From contig CAZSFZ010000006.1 of assembly GCA_964606385.1 (NCBI GenBank), positions 45,943-109,942 on the forward strand: 64,000 nt of DNA. The letters run 5' to 3'. Shown in pieces: positions 46,604 through 55,722 of the stretch. This DNA comes from an uncultured bacterium. Lineage in GTDB: Bacteria > Omnitrophota > Omnitrophia > Omnitrophales > Aquincolibacteriaceae. The notes beneath the pieces are model-generated. The model worked only from the letters and a program-made list of their open reading frames with translations, was not told the DNA's origin and did no database searches. Position 1 is the first letter of the stretch, and every line of letters begins with the position of its first letter. The position numbers were made by a program, and so were the translations under genes.

Positions 46604-48901
46604 GTGTCTAAAGTCAAAAAGATTCGGAGCGCGCATCTCCGGATGATCAGTGCGTTGTTCCTTGTTTTTTGTTTTTTGAACATCGGTTGGAGTTTTCCAT
46701 TCTTCAAAAAGAAGGAAAATAAAACGCCGGCCAATGCCGCCCAAACGGTCCAGGAATCCAAGCCGGATTCTCAGCAAACCCAGCCTCAAGTGGATGTTGC
46801 CGATCAGGGTTCCGACCAAGTAAAAAAAGCGGATACCCTTTCCGTCAACGTTATTGCTTCCAGGCTTCCTTCAACGACACAAAATATTAATGATATGCCC
46901 TCCAACGTTACCTTTAAGAGCGCCGAGGAACTCGGGTATACCAAGCCCATGACCTTTCAGGACGCAGTCCGCGACACGGAAGGCGCTATTTTCTACGATG
47001 AGGTAGGGAACGGTGTGGACTCCACTTTTTCTTTGCGCGGTTTTACGAGCTCAAGCGCGGTCGTGTTCCTTGTGGACGGCGTGCGGGTGAATGAAGTTGA
47101 CAGTAACGCGGTGAACTTTCCGCTGATCCCGATGCGGGATGTCCAGTCTATCCAGATCGAGCGTGGTTCTTCCTCCGCCGTTTACGGGAGCAATGCCTTT
47201 GCTGGGGTGGTGAATATCACGACGGGACAGCCGAGCTCGAAACCAGTCCATCTTTTTGGGGGACTCGAATGGACCAGTTTTCACGGTCTCCGTTTCAATC
47301 AAGGCGTGAGCGGCACGATCCAGGACAAGATCACGCCGCTGGGAGGTAAATTCACTTATTATTTCAACGGGGAGCGCGATGATACCCAGGGTTACCGGAA
47401 CCACTCAGAATTCCGTCTGACTTCTTTTGATATCAAGACCGCTTATGAGCTTCCGGAGGAGCAGGGCCGCTTCTTTGTGAACGTGAAGCATATGGTGGAT
47501 GGAGACCATACGCCCGGGGAGATCACCCTGCAGCAATATACGGCGGGGAACCTGCGCGCCAGCAACAAGCCCTACGATGGCCGTAAATTCTTCAACACGA
47601 TCGTTTCGCTGGGCGGGGACAAGAAATTCTGGGATGACCGGATCTTGGCGTCGATCATGTATAGTGACCGCGAGAATCGAAGGAATATTTACACTACTTA
47701 TGGGACTTTCACGGATTTGACTTACGGGTTCGATCCGTATACGGCATTTATTAACATGAAAAGCCGGGACCGCGATCTGACATGGCAGCTGAAATACGAC
47801 GATCAATGGAAATGGCTTGGGAATGAGACGCTTTTAGGGATGGAGGTCCGAAATAGCCGGCAGACTTCGGCCGAGCGGTATGCCTATCTGGGGAATATCC
47901 AGGAATCCTTGCCTCCCACGACCGATCACAGCGCGGACTATCGCAATGTCGCGATCTTTTGGCGGGAGACCTTGAAAATCTTCGACCGCATCATCCCTTA
48001 TTTCGGGATGCGGCATGATTTCAATTGGCTGAACACCCAGGACGCCATCACCCCGACGAATAATGTCAGCCAGCGGTATGACAAGTCCACGCTTTCCACG
48101 GGTGTTACCGTGAAGCCTTTCAAATGGATGGATCTTTTCGGGAATTATTCGCAAGGATTCCGTGTTCCCACCATGGATGAACTGGTCCCATGGGCGGGCG
48201 CCAATCAGGTGAACATCAACCCTGAAAAATCCAATAGCTATGAAGCGGGGACCCGGTTACGGTATAAAGACACCGTCGCCTACAAGCTCAGCTATTTTCT
48301 GATCGATGTGGAAAATGAGATCCAGTGGGATAATGTGCTGAGCCAATATTACAACATCGCTGAAACGCGCCGTTACGGGATCGAGCAGCGCGTGGATATC
48401 ACTCCCGTTCAGGAAGTGAAATTATACGGAAGTTATACCTGGATGACGGCGTTCGTCCACAGCAACGGCGGTACCAGCAGTCTTGTCCAGGGACGCTCCC
48501 TGGGGCAGGTTCCGGCGAACCGGTTCACACTCGGGGGCATCGCGACGCCTTTAAAGCGGCTGGGAACCCCGTTTGACGGTTTAAAATTGGGCTTGAACGG
48601 AGAGTTTACCGGGAAACAGCACCCGTCCAGTTATGAATCTTCGAGTCAAGCGACCCTGGACGCGACGGGAGGAGCGGGGCATTGGATCAAGGCGTATTCC
48701 GTTTGGAATTTCATCACATCTTTTGAGTGGAAAAAGAAAGAGATATATCTGAAGATCAATAACATCTTTAATGAGCGGTATTATTCCCGCGCCTATGCCG
48801 GATCCTCGTGGGGGAGTTCTCTATACCCTTTTGGGGACTATGTGTGGGTTAATCCGGGAGCCCGCCGTGAATTTGTGCTCGGAACCAAGTGGGAGTTTTA
48901 G
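46604..48901 (+). CDS. btuB: TonB-dependent outer membrane receptor (BtuB-like)
   Basis: Signal peptide, TonB-box/plug region (DTLSVNVIASR), long beta-barrel and a C-terminal aromatic residue (..KWEF). Confidence 0.85.
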   Translation: MSKVKKIRSAHLRMISALFLVFCFLNIGWSFPFFKKKENKTPANAAQTVQESKPDSQQTQPQVDVADQGSDQVKKADTLSVNVIASRLPSTTQNINDMPSNVTFKSAEELGYTKPMTFQDAVRDTEGAIFYDEVGNGVDSTFSLRGFTSSSAVVFLVDGVRVNEVDSNAVNFPLIPMRDVQSIQIERGSSSAVYGSNAFAGVVNITTGQPSSKPVHLFGGLEWTSFHGLRFNQGVSGTIQDKITPLGGKFTYYFNGERDDTQGYRNHSEFRLTSFDIKTAYELPEEQGRFFVNVKHMVDGDHTPGEITLQQYTAGNLRASNKPYDGRKFFNTIVSLGGDKKFWDDRILASIMYSDRENRRNIYTTYGTFTDLTYGFDPYTAFINMKSRDRDLTWQLKYDDQWKWLGNETLLGMEVRNSRQTSAERYAYLGNIQESLPPTTDHSADYRNVAIFWRETLKIFDRIIPYFGMRHDFNWLNTQDAITPTNNVSQRYDKSTLSTGVTVKPFKWMDLFGNYSQGFRVPTMDELVPWAGANQVNINPEKSNSYEAGTRLRYKDTVAYKLSYFLIDVENEIQWDNVLSQYYNIAETRRYGIEQRVDITPVQEVKLYGSYTWMTAFVHSNGGTSSLVQGRSLGQVPANRFTLGGIATPLKRLGTPFDGLKLGLNGEFTGKQHPSSYESSSQATLDATGGAGHWIKAYSVWNFITSFEWKKKEIYLKINNIFNERYYSRAYAGSSWGSSLYPFGDYVWVNPGARREFVLGTKWEF

Positions 48902-48912
48902 GAGCTGCTTCT

Positions 48913-49389
48913 ATGAAAAAAACAATGACCGTGTTGGGGCTGCTGTTGTTACTGATGCCGGCCCTGACCGGCGCGGAAAATGTTTCACTGCAGCCTTCCT
49001 CCGGCGAGACGGGGCAGAAAGATCCGCTCAAGATGTCTTTTCGGCCCGCCATGGAATTCATGCCCCGGCCTTCGACGGTTTTTCCGGAAAAAGAGGGGGC
49101 GGACATGGGAACCGCCATGCCTTATCTGATCGAAATGTCCAAGCCGATCACTTATCCAGGCTGGGCCCGACGGAAGGGTTTGGAAGGCCTGCTTGTGGCT
49201 GCGCTTGAGGTCCTCGAGGACGGGAGCGTGGGCAGGTGGCAGATCGTGCGGTCGACGGGAGACGAATCCCTGGACAAGGCGGCCGTAAAGAATTTCCGTA
49301 CCTGGAAGTTCCAGCCCGCTATGAAAAACGGCAAACCTGTCACGACCTGCATCCAGGTTCCTATCAACTTCGAACTGACAAAAGAATGA
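48913..49389 (+). CDS. TonB C-terminal-domain periplasmic protein
   Basis: Signal peptide MKKTMTVLGLLLLLMPALTG and a TonB_C-like domain (PITYPGWARRKGLEGLLVAALEVLEDGSV...VPINFEL). Confidence 0.6.
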   Translation: MKKTMTVLGLLLLLMPALTGAENVSLQPSSGETGQKDPLKMSFRPAMEFMPRPSTVFPEKEGADMGTAMPYLIEMSKPITYPGWARRKGLEGLLVAALEVLEDGSVGRWQIVRSTGDESLDKAAVKNFRTWKFQPAMKNGKPVTTCIQVPINFELTKE

Positions 49390-50231
49390 AATTACAAGCC
49401 TGGACGTTAGCGGGACTTCTTTTTTTTATTTCTCTGCCAGACGTTCACGCTGTGGATCCCGAAGCAAAGGCCGGCGTTCCCCAGAAGATCGTCTCCATCA
49501 ATCTTTGTTCCGACGAGCTTCTTCTTCAGCTGGTGGCGCCGGAGCGAGTGGCGGCCCTGACGAAATTCAGCGCGGATCCGGAGTTCTCGACGATCGCGGG
49601 CAAGGCGCGGGACATTAAAAAGATCCAGGGTGGGATCGAGGACGTTCAGGCTTGCGGTCCGGACCTTCTTTTGGGCGGACGGTTCAGCCATAAAGAAACG
49701 ATGCGGTTTTTCAAGAATGCCGGGATCCCGGTCCTGACCTTCGGTATTCCAAAGAATTTTGAGGATATCTATGCGGATATCCTGAGGCTTGCGGCCGCGG
49801 TAGGGGAAGCCGCGTTGGGGGATCAGATCGTGATGAGCATGAAAGAAGAACTCGTGTCGCTGCGTCCGAAGACGCCCTCGAAGCAAAAAGCTGTTTTTTT
49901 ACAAAGCGGCGGCCTGGTGCCGGGTTCGGGGACGTTCGAGAACGCCATCATGGAAGCCGCGGGCCTTGAAAATCTTGCGGCGGCTTCCGGCATCAAAGAT
50001 TACGGGAATCTTTCGCTGGAGCAATTGATCCGGATGAAGCCGGATATGCTGATCTTCGCGAGTGACCAGAAAAAACGCCCGACGGTGCGCGGTGAGGTGC
50101 TGGACCATCCCGCGATCAAGAAGGCGCTGCCTCGTGTGAAAAGCGTGACGATCCCTTCGGCGATCCTGAACTGCGGATCCCCGGCATCGGTCGAGGCGGT
50201 GAGGATCCTTGTGAAGGAAACGGTAAAATAA
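49386..50231 (+). CDS. btuF: ABC transporter periplasmic substrate-binding protein, BtuF/FhuD family (Peripla_BP_2)
   Basis: Signal peptide, then KIVSINLCSDELLLQL...PDLLLG. ATGA overlap with the upstream gene. Confidence 0.75.
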   Translation: MKLQAWTLAGLLFFISLPDVHAVDPEAKAGVPQKIVSINLCSDELLLQLVAPERVAALTKFSADPEFSTIAGKARDIKKIQGGIEDVQACGPDLLLGGRFSHKETMRFFKNAGIPVLTFGIPKNFEDIYADILRLAAAVGEAALGDQIVMSMKEELVSLRPKTPSKQKAVFLQSGGLVPGSGTFENAIMEAAGLENLAAASGIKDYGNLSLEQLIRMKPDMLIFASDQKKRPTVRGEVLDHPAIKKALPRVKSVTIPSAILNCGSPASVEAVRILVKETVK

Positions 50232-50234
50232 ATT

Positions 50235-50367
50235 CGAAATGCGAATGCCGAAGCACGAAACAAATCTAAAATCCGAATGTTCAAAAGCACAAGGCCTCTT
50301 GTTTTTCGGTTCTGATTTTGAAAATTTGAATTTGTTTCGGATTTCGTGCTTAGGATTTCGGATTTGA
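50235..50367. repeat. AT-rich imperfect palindrome inside the btu operon
   Basis: AAGCACGAAACAAA (50251-50264) is mirrored by TTTGTTTCGGATTTCGTGCTT (50331-50351). Repeated AATCCGAA/TTCGGATT words. The region is far AT-richer than the surrounding operon. Confidence 0.35.
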
Positions 50368-50380
50368 AGACAAGGCGATT

Positions 50381-51394
50381 ATGAAAAGACATCAACAGAC
50401 AAATATTTTGAAGGAAACGTCCTCATGGCTGCTTTATGGCCTGCTCGGGATCGCCTTGGCGGTCTCCTTCTTTTGGTCCTTGAGCGTTGGAGCCACGAAG
50501 ATCTCGATCTGGAACGCTGTCTTTCAGCCGTTTTCCGACGGAGCTTTCATTCTTTGGGATATCCGGTTGCCGCGGGCGGTCCTTGGCCTTCTCGTGGGCG
50601 CAACGCTCGGGCTTGCGGGCGCGGCCATGCAGGGTTTTCTCCGCAATCCGTTGGCGGAGCCCGGAGTGCTTGGCGTGACGGGGGGCGCGGCATTCGGCGC
50701 CGTGCTCGTTTTCTACACGGGGCTCTCCACTGCTTTTTCGTTGGCGCTTCCCCTGGGCGGCATTCTGGGGGCGTTTTTTTCCGTGTTCCTACTCTATCTT
50801 TTTGCCGGACGTCTCGCGAACGTTCAAACCCTGATCCTCGCGGGCGTGGCGATCAATGTCATGGCATTCTCGGGAACTTCGCTCGCGCTCAATCTCACCA
50901 AAGATCCGTACGCGGTGCTGGACATTGTTTTTTGGCAGATGGGTTCTCTCGCGGATCGGAGCTTCACGCATGTCTTTCTTATTCTGTCTTTTGTCCTGAT
51001 CGGTTGGGGATGGCTTCTGTGGGACCGTCGGGCGCTCGATGCCCTGAGCCTCGGTGAAGAAACGGCCGCGAGCTTGGGGGTGAACCTTAAAACGCTTCGC
51101 TTGAGGATGATCTTGGGAACAGCCCTTTGTGTGGGGGCGGCGGTATCAGTCTGCGGAAGTATCGGCTTTGTGGGGCTCGTGGTCCCGCATTTGCTGCGTC
51201 CTTTCGTGGGACATGAACCCGGAAAACTTCTCGGGGTTAGCGCCCTTGGTGGAGCCATCCTTCTTCTTCTCTCGGATATCGCGGTGAGGCTCGTGCCTTC
51301 GATCGTGGAGCTCAAACTCGGGGTTGTGACCTCGCTCATCGGCGCGCCGTTCTTTATCGTGTTGATCTTTAAAATGAGGCGGAAACTTTTATGA
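50381..51394 (+). CDS. btuC: FecCD-family ABC permease (BtuC-like)
   Basis: ~9-10 TM helices with FecCD conserved segments. Confidence 0.85.
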   Translation: MKRHQQTNILKETSSWLLYGLLGIALAVSFFWSLSVGATKISIWNAVFQPFSDGAFILWDIRLPRAVLGLLVGATLGLAGAAMQGFLRNPLAEPGVLGVTGGAAFGAVLVFYTGLSTAFSLALPLGGILGAFFSVFLLYLFAGRLANVQTLILAGVAINVMAFSGTSLALNLTKDPYAVLDIVFWQMGSLADRSFTHVFLILSFVLIGWGWLLWDRRALDALSLGEETAASLGVNLKTLRLRMILGTALCVGAAVSVCGSIGFVGLVVPHLLRPFVGHEPGKLLGVSALGGAILLLLSDIAVRLVPSIVELKLGVVTSLIGAPFFIVLIFKMRRKLL

Positions 51395-52161
51395 CCCTGA
51401 TCGAGGCGCGCAAGGTTTGTGTCCGGTTTGATGACGTGCCGATCCTTCAGGATGTGGACCTTGAACTCAAAAAAGGAGAGATCCTGGGACTGATCGGTCC
51501 GAACGGGGCCGGCAAATCCACCTTGTTGAAAATACTGATCGGGGAGATCGGATCTCAGTCTGGAAGTGTCAGGGTCCTGGATGGGAAGAAAGAACGCCTG
51601 GCTCAAAAGATCTCTTATCTCCCGCAAGGACAAGTCATCCATTGGCCCCTGAGCGTCCAACGGCTTGTTTCCCTCGGGCGTATCCCGCACCTGATGCCGT
51701 GGGAGCAACTGGGGCCGGAAGATGAAAGAGCGATCGCGCAGGCCATGGAGGATACGGACATCGCTCATTTGAAAGACCGTTATGTGGATCATCTGGCGGG
51801 CGGGGAGCGTAACCTCGTCCTTTTGGCCCGGGCGCTCGCGACCCAGCCTTCCGTGCTTTTGGCGGATGAGCCCGTCCAGGGGCTGGATCCCGCGCATGGT
51901 CTACAGGTGATGGAGCTTTTGTCGCGTTTCGCCGTCGCGGAGCGCGGGGTCGTCGTGGTGCTTCATGACCTGACGCTTGCCGCGCGTTTCTGTCACCGGC
52001 TTGTTTTGATCCATCAGGGTAAAGTGCTCGCGTCGGGAAAACCCGAGGAAGTTCTTTCCCCGGAGAATCTAAAGAAGAGTTATCATATCGAAGTGAAATA
52101 CGGTTCCGGCGGAGATTTCTACATTGTTCCGTGGAAAACCCTTCAAGGGAACGGGAGTTAG
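51391..52161 (+). CDS. btuD: ABC ATP-binding protein (BtuD/FecE-like)
   Basis: Walker [25 protein letters not shown] and Walker B LLADEP. ATGA overlap with btuC. Confidence 0.85.
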   Translation: MTLIEARKVCVRFDDVPILQDVDLELKKGEILGLIGPNGAGKSTLLKILIGEIGSQSGSVRVLDGKKERLAQKISYLPQGQVIHWPLSVQRLVSLGRIPHLMPWEQLGPEDERAIAQAMEDTDIAHLKDRYVDHLAGGERNLVLLARALATQPSVLLADEPVQGLDPAHGLQVMELLSRFAVAERGVVVVLHDLTLAARFCHRLVLIHQGKVLASGKPEEVLSPENLKKSYHIEVKYGSGGDFYIVPWKTLQGNGS

Positions 52162-52167
52162 AGGACT

Positions 52168-52677
52168 ATGAAAAAAAGAAATAAAGGACTCACCCTGGTG
52201 TTTACGGGGAACGGGAAAGGGAAGACGACCGCGGCGGTAGGTTGCGCCGTGCGCATGATCAAGCACGGAAAACGCGTCGGCATGGTCCAGTTCTTCAAGC
52301 TCCCGAGCAAGCACATCCTGCCGCATTCAAAATTCAGGGTCTGGAGCTTCGGCGGGGGATTCACCTGGGCCACGGCCCATACCGAGAACGCCCAGGCCGT
52401 CCAAAAGGCGTGGGCGAAGTGCCTTGAGCTTCTCCGCAATCCGAAATATGACATGGTCATTTTTGATGAGATCAATATCGCTTTTCATTACAAATTCCTC
52501 AAAATACCTGACGCGATCCAGGCGCTCAGAGGCCGTCGTTCCTCCCAGCATGTGGTTCTGACCGGCCGGAGCGCCCCTCGGGCCATCCAGCGTTTTGCCG
52601 ATCTCGTCACCGAAATGAAGTGCGTCAAACACCCCTACGATCGCGGTATTCCCGCCCAACAAGGGATTGAATTCTAA
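52168..52677 (+). CDS. btuR: cob(I)yrinic acid a,c-diamide / cob(I)alamin adenosyltransferase (CobO/BtuR)
   Basis: GLTLVFTGNGKGKTTAAVGCAVR P-loop typical of CobA/CobO. Confidence 0.85.
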   Translation: MKKRNKGLTLVFTGNGKGKTTAAVGCAVRMIKHGKRVGMVQFFKLPSKHILPHSKFRVWSFGGGFTWATAHTENAQAVQKAWAKCLELLRNPKYDMVIFDEINIAFHYKFLKIPDAIQALRGRRSSQHVVLTGRSAPRAIQRFADLVTEMKCVKHPYDRGIPAQQGIEF

Positions 52678-52686
52678 AAAAACGTT

Positions 52687-52754
52687 AAACGGGTAACGGG
52701 AAACGGGGAGCGCATGACAAAACTCGTTTGCCGTTCCCCGTTCAGCGTTTCCCG
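52687..52754. repeat. inverted-repeat element, left copy (blocks A+B)
   Basis: AAACGGGTAACGGGAAA (52687-52703) and CGTTCCCCGTTCAGCGTTTCCCG (52732-52754). The exact reverse complements occur in reverse order at 54818-54878. The unit itself folds as a hairpin (GGGAAACG/CGTTTCCC). Confidence 0.55.
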
Positions 52755-52875
52755 GCTCTGACCTGCTTTTTCCCGCTCTGAATTTGAGGCTTACTTGGTG
52801 TATAATAAAGCCGTGGAGTCATGGGCCCGAGGCATTGTGAGGGCGCATCCTTCAAACCACAAAGGAGGTAGGGCC

Positions 52876-53280
52876 ATGATCCAGAGCGCGAAGTTAGGCA
52901 AAGAGTTCGTCGTCGTTTCAGAGAACAAGGTTGGCGCGCTTTCCAAGGTCGCGGCGTTACTCGCGGACCGCGGGATCGATATCGTGGCGATCTCGGCCCA
53001 GGCGGCCGGAGGCGTCGCGCTGATGAATTTCGTCACAGATGACGCGTTGCATACGCGGGACCTTCTCGCCAAGAAGGGACTGAAAGCCCAGGAGAACACG
53101 GTGCTGTTGCTGGAGGTTGCGGATCGGCCGGGGGTGTTGTTGAGTATCACCCGAAAACTCGCGGCCCAGAAGATCGACCTCCTCAATGTCTACGCAAGCG
53201 CGCCGGCGTCTTACGGGCCGTGTACGCTCGTGATCTCGACGAATAACAATCAGAAAGCGCTTGTGACTCTGAAGCGGTAA
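52876..53280 (+). CDS. tandem ACT-domain protein
   Basis: RBS AAAGGAGGtagggccATG. Two ~65-aa ACT-like repeats (VVVSENKVGALSKVAALLADRGIDIVAIS... and LLLEVADRPGVLLSITRKLAAQKIDLL...). Confidence 0.6.
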   Translation: MIQSAKLGKEFVVVSENKVGALSKVAALLADRGIDIVAISAQAAGGVALMNFVTDDALHTRDLLAKKGLKAQENTVLLLEVADRPGVLLSITRKLAAQKIDLLNVYASAPASYGPCTLVISTNNNQKALVTLKR

Positions 53281-53344
53281 TCCAACAACCGAATCCTCGT
53301 TCGCGGGAAGTGTTCCGGGGATTCTTTTATTTTTAAAGGGCGTT

Positions 53345-53950
53345 ATGAAAAAGTATACGGACCTCAGTTTGCAGGAATACATCGAAAAACTCGCAAGCGA
53401 CGCGCCGGTGCCGGGTGGCGGCAGTGTTTCGGCCTACGCGGGAGCCCTCGGCATGGCCCTGACGCAGATGGTCGCGCGGATCGCGCTCAAGCGCAAACCC
53501 AAAGCCGATCTGACCCCCGAGCAAAAATTCCAGGACGAGGCGAACCGCAAACGGATGCAGGAGATCGTCGATTCCCTGGAAAAGACCCGCGCGGACGCGC
53601 TCCAGGTCGTGTCGCTGGACCCCAAGGTATACGACGAGGTGATGGCGTGTTACAAAGTGAACGCGGGCCCCGAGAAGCTTGAGGACGCGCTCCAGAACGC
53701 GTTCCGTTTGCAGGCGGACCTCGCGCTGATCCTTATCATGGCGAGAGAATGGAACAGTCACATGAAGACCCTCGTGAAGGGCTCGGTCGCCAACGATCTT
53801 ATCGTCAGCGACGGTCTTCTGTCCGCCGCGTTCGAAGGGGCTTACCATACCGCGCATATTAATGTGGTCTATATGAAGAACCAGGAACGGAAGGAACGCG
53901 CCGAAAAGGCTTTGGGCGAACTCCGGAGCCGTTTTGAGAAAGGGAATTAA
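53345..53950 (+). CDS. fchA: methenyltetrahydrofolate cyclohydrolase / formiminotransferase-cyclodeaminase-like (FchA family)
   Basis: N-terminal LQEYIEKLASDAPVPGGGSVSAYAGALGMAL is the FTCD_C signature. Confidence 0.75.
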   Translation: MKKYTDLSLQEYIEKLASDAPVPGGGSVSAYAGALGMALTQMVARIALKRKPKADLTPEQKFQDEANRKRMQEIVDSLEKTRADALQVVSLDPKVYDEVMACYKVNAGPEKLEDALQNAFRLQADLALILIMAREWNSHMKTLVKGSVANDLIVSDGLLSAAFEGAYHTAHINVVYMKNQERKERAEKALGELRSRFEKGN

Positions 53951-53951
53951 A

Positions 53952-54809
53952 GTGGAAACGAAAAGACTTGAAGGAAAAACGATCGCCACGACGCTGCAGG
54001 ACAAGATCATCGAGAAGGTCAAAGCCTTCACCGGTGCGGGACTGCCGAGGCCGTCCCTGGCCGCGATCCAGACGAGTGAGGATCCGTCGGCGGTCTGGTA
54101 TATCAACAGTCAGGAAAAGCTGGCGGCCAAGCTGGGCATTGATTTTAAACGCGTGCTTCCGGATCAGGTGAAGGGCGAAAAGGCCCTGATCGAGAAGGTC
54201 CGGGAACTTGGCGCCGACAAGACCGTTCACGGGCTTTTTATTTCCATGCCCCTGCCCGCGGGGATCGACGCGGACAAAGTGCTGCTTGCGATGGATCCCA
54301 AAAAAGACGTGGAAGGCGTTCATCCCACAAGCCTCGGGCTGATCGTCCTGCGCCGCGGTAAATTGATCCCGCCGACGGCGTTCGCGGCTTACACGCTTAT
54401 CAAAGCGAGCGGCATCATGCTCCGAGGAAAACGGGCGGCGATCATCGGCCAGAGCGCCATCGTCGGAAGGCCGCTACAGCTGCTTTTGGGAGAAGCGCGG
54501 GTCACGACTTTTGTGTGCAATACCGGGACCACCGACGATGATATGAAAAAGATCGTGGGCGGAGCTGATATCGTGGTGGCGTGTTCGGGGAAACCCGGTC
54601 TTGTCAAAGGCGCTTGGATCAAGCAGGGCGCGGTGGTGATCGATGTCGGTACGACGGAAGTGGACGGGAAGCTCCAGGGGGATGTGGAATATGACGAAGC
54701 CGTGAAAAAAGCCGGTTTTATCACGCCGGTCCCCGGGGGTGTGGGGCCCCTTACCGTGACGATGCTCATGGAAAACCTCATGGCGGCGTATGAGTGGCAA
54801 ATTAAATAG
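53952..54809 (+). CDS. folD: bifunctional methylene-THF dehydrogenase / methenyl-THF cyclohydrolase
   Basis: LEGKTIA..., PLPAGID, SAIVGRP and PVPGGVGPLTV motifs. A GTG start 2 nt after the fchA stop with an upstream GAGAAAGGGA is preferred. An ATG at 53934 is the alternative. Confidence 0.9.
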   Translation: METKRLEGKTIATTLQDKIIEKVKAFTGAGLPRPSLAAIQTSEDPSAVWYINSQEKLAAKLGIDFKRVLPDQVKGEKALIEKVRELGADKTVHGLFISMPLPAGIDADKVLLAMDPKKDVEGVHPTSLGLIVLRRGKLIPPTAFAAYTLIKASGIMLRGKRAAIIGQSAIVGRPLQLLLGEARVTTFVCNTGTTDDDMKKIVGGADIVVACSGKPGLVKGAWIKQGAVVIDVGTTEVDGKLQGDVEYDEAVKKAGFITPVPGGVGPLTVTMLMENLMAAYEWQIK

Positions 54810-54817
54810 CTGGAGAA

Positions 54818-54878
54818 CGGGAAACGCTGAACGGGGAACGAAAACGGGATTGCGTTCAACATTTCCCGTTACCCGTTT
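54818..54878. repeat. inverted-repeat element, right copy (reverse complement of the left copy)
   Basis: CGGGAAACGCTGAACGGGGAACG (54818-54840) and TTTCCCGTTACCCGTTT (54862-54878). Confidence 0.55.
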
Positions 54879-54890
54879 TCCGAGAAAATC

Positions 54891-55682
54891 ATGAAACACA
54901 CACCGCAGACCATCTATTCTAAAAAGCAGGCGGGGCAGAAGATCGTTTCGCTCAGTCTTTATGATTATCCCAGCGCCAAGATCGCGGACGGGGCCGGTGT
55001 CGACGTGATCATGGTGGGGGATTCGGTCGGCATGGTGCTTCTCGGCCACGAGAATACGCTGGGCATGACCATGGAACACATGATCTATCACACCCAGGCT
55101 GTTTCGAAAGCCGTGAAACGCGCGCTTGTGGTCGCGGATATGCCGGTCCACTCCTACCACGATCCCGAAACGGCGCTTGCCAACGCGAAGCGTTTCTTGC
55201 ATGACGCCGGCGCCGATGCCGTGAAGCTCGAAGGCGGTGCCAAGGTCCAGCCTCAGATCGAAAAACTTATGACCCAGGGGATCTCCGTGATGGGACACCT
55301 GGGCATGCTTCCTCAAGGTGTCGGGGATGGGAAATACCGCGTGTTCGGCAAAGATCCGGAGGAGGCCGAGGCGATCCTGAAGGACGCGCAGCTGCTTGAC
55401 CGGCTGGGGGTCTTCTCGATCGTATTGGAGTGTGTTCCCGTGAAGCTGGCCGCGGAAATTACCCGAAGCGTCAAATGTCCCACGATCGGGATCGGCGCGG
55501 GGCCTTCGACCGACGGTCAGGTGCTGGTTTTTCACGATCTTCTTGGGATACGTTCCGGCGTGAGCCCCCGTTTTGTGAGGCGTTACGCGAACCTTGAGGC
55601 GGTCATGAAAAAAGCGGCCGCTGATTATTACAGTGACGTTCAGCACAAAAGATTCCCGTCCCAGAAGGAGAGCTTTTCGTGA
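54891..55682 (+). CDS. panB: 3-methyl-2-oxobutanoate hydroxymethyltransferase (ketopantoate hydroxymethyltransferase)
   Basis: LSLYDYPSAKIADGAGVDVIMVGDSVGMVLLGHENTL is canonical PanB. Confidence 0.9.
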   Translation: MKHTPQTIYSKKQAGQKIVSLSLYDYPSAKIADGAGVDVIMVGDSVGMVLLGHENTLGMTMEHMIYHTQAVSKAVKRALVVADMPVHSYHDPETALANAKRFLHDAGADAVKLEGGAKVQPQIEKLMTQGISVMGHLGMLPQGVGDGKYRVFGKDPEEAEAILKDAQLLDRLGVFSIVLECVPVKLAAEITRSVKCPTIGIGAGPSTDGQVLVFHDLLGIRSGVSPRFVRRYANLEAVMKKAAADYYSDVQHKRFPSQKESFS

Positions 55683-55722
55683 TGGAGGCGCAATCCTTGG
55701 TTACTTCACGAGGAAATTTATC

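Noticed and set aside
52678-52875. Possible ZTP or THF riboswitch upstream of the folate/one-carbon genes
   Set aside because: The classical context for those riboswitches is present, but their conserved cores (e.g. CCGCCUGGGC for ZTP) are absent. The structured sequence is better explained by the inverted-repeat element reported above.
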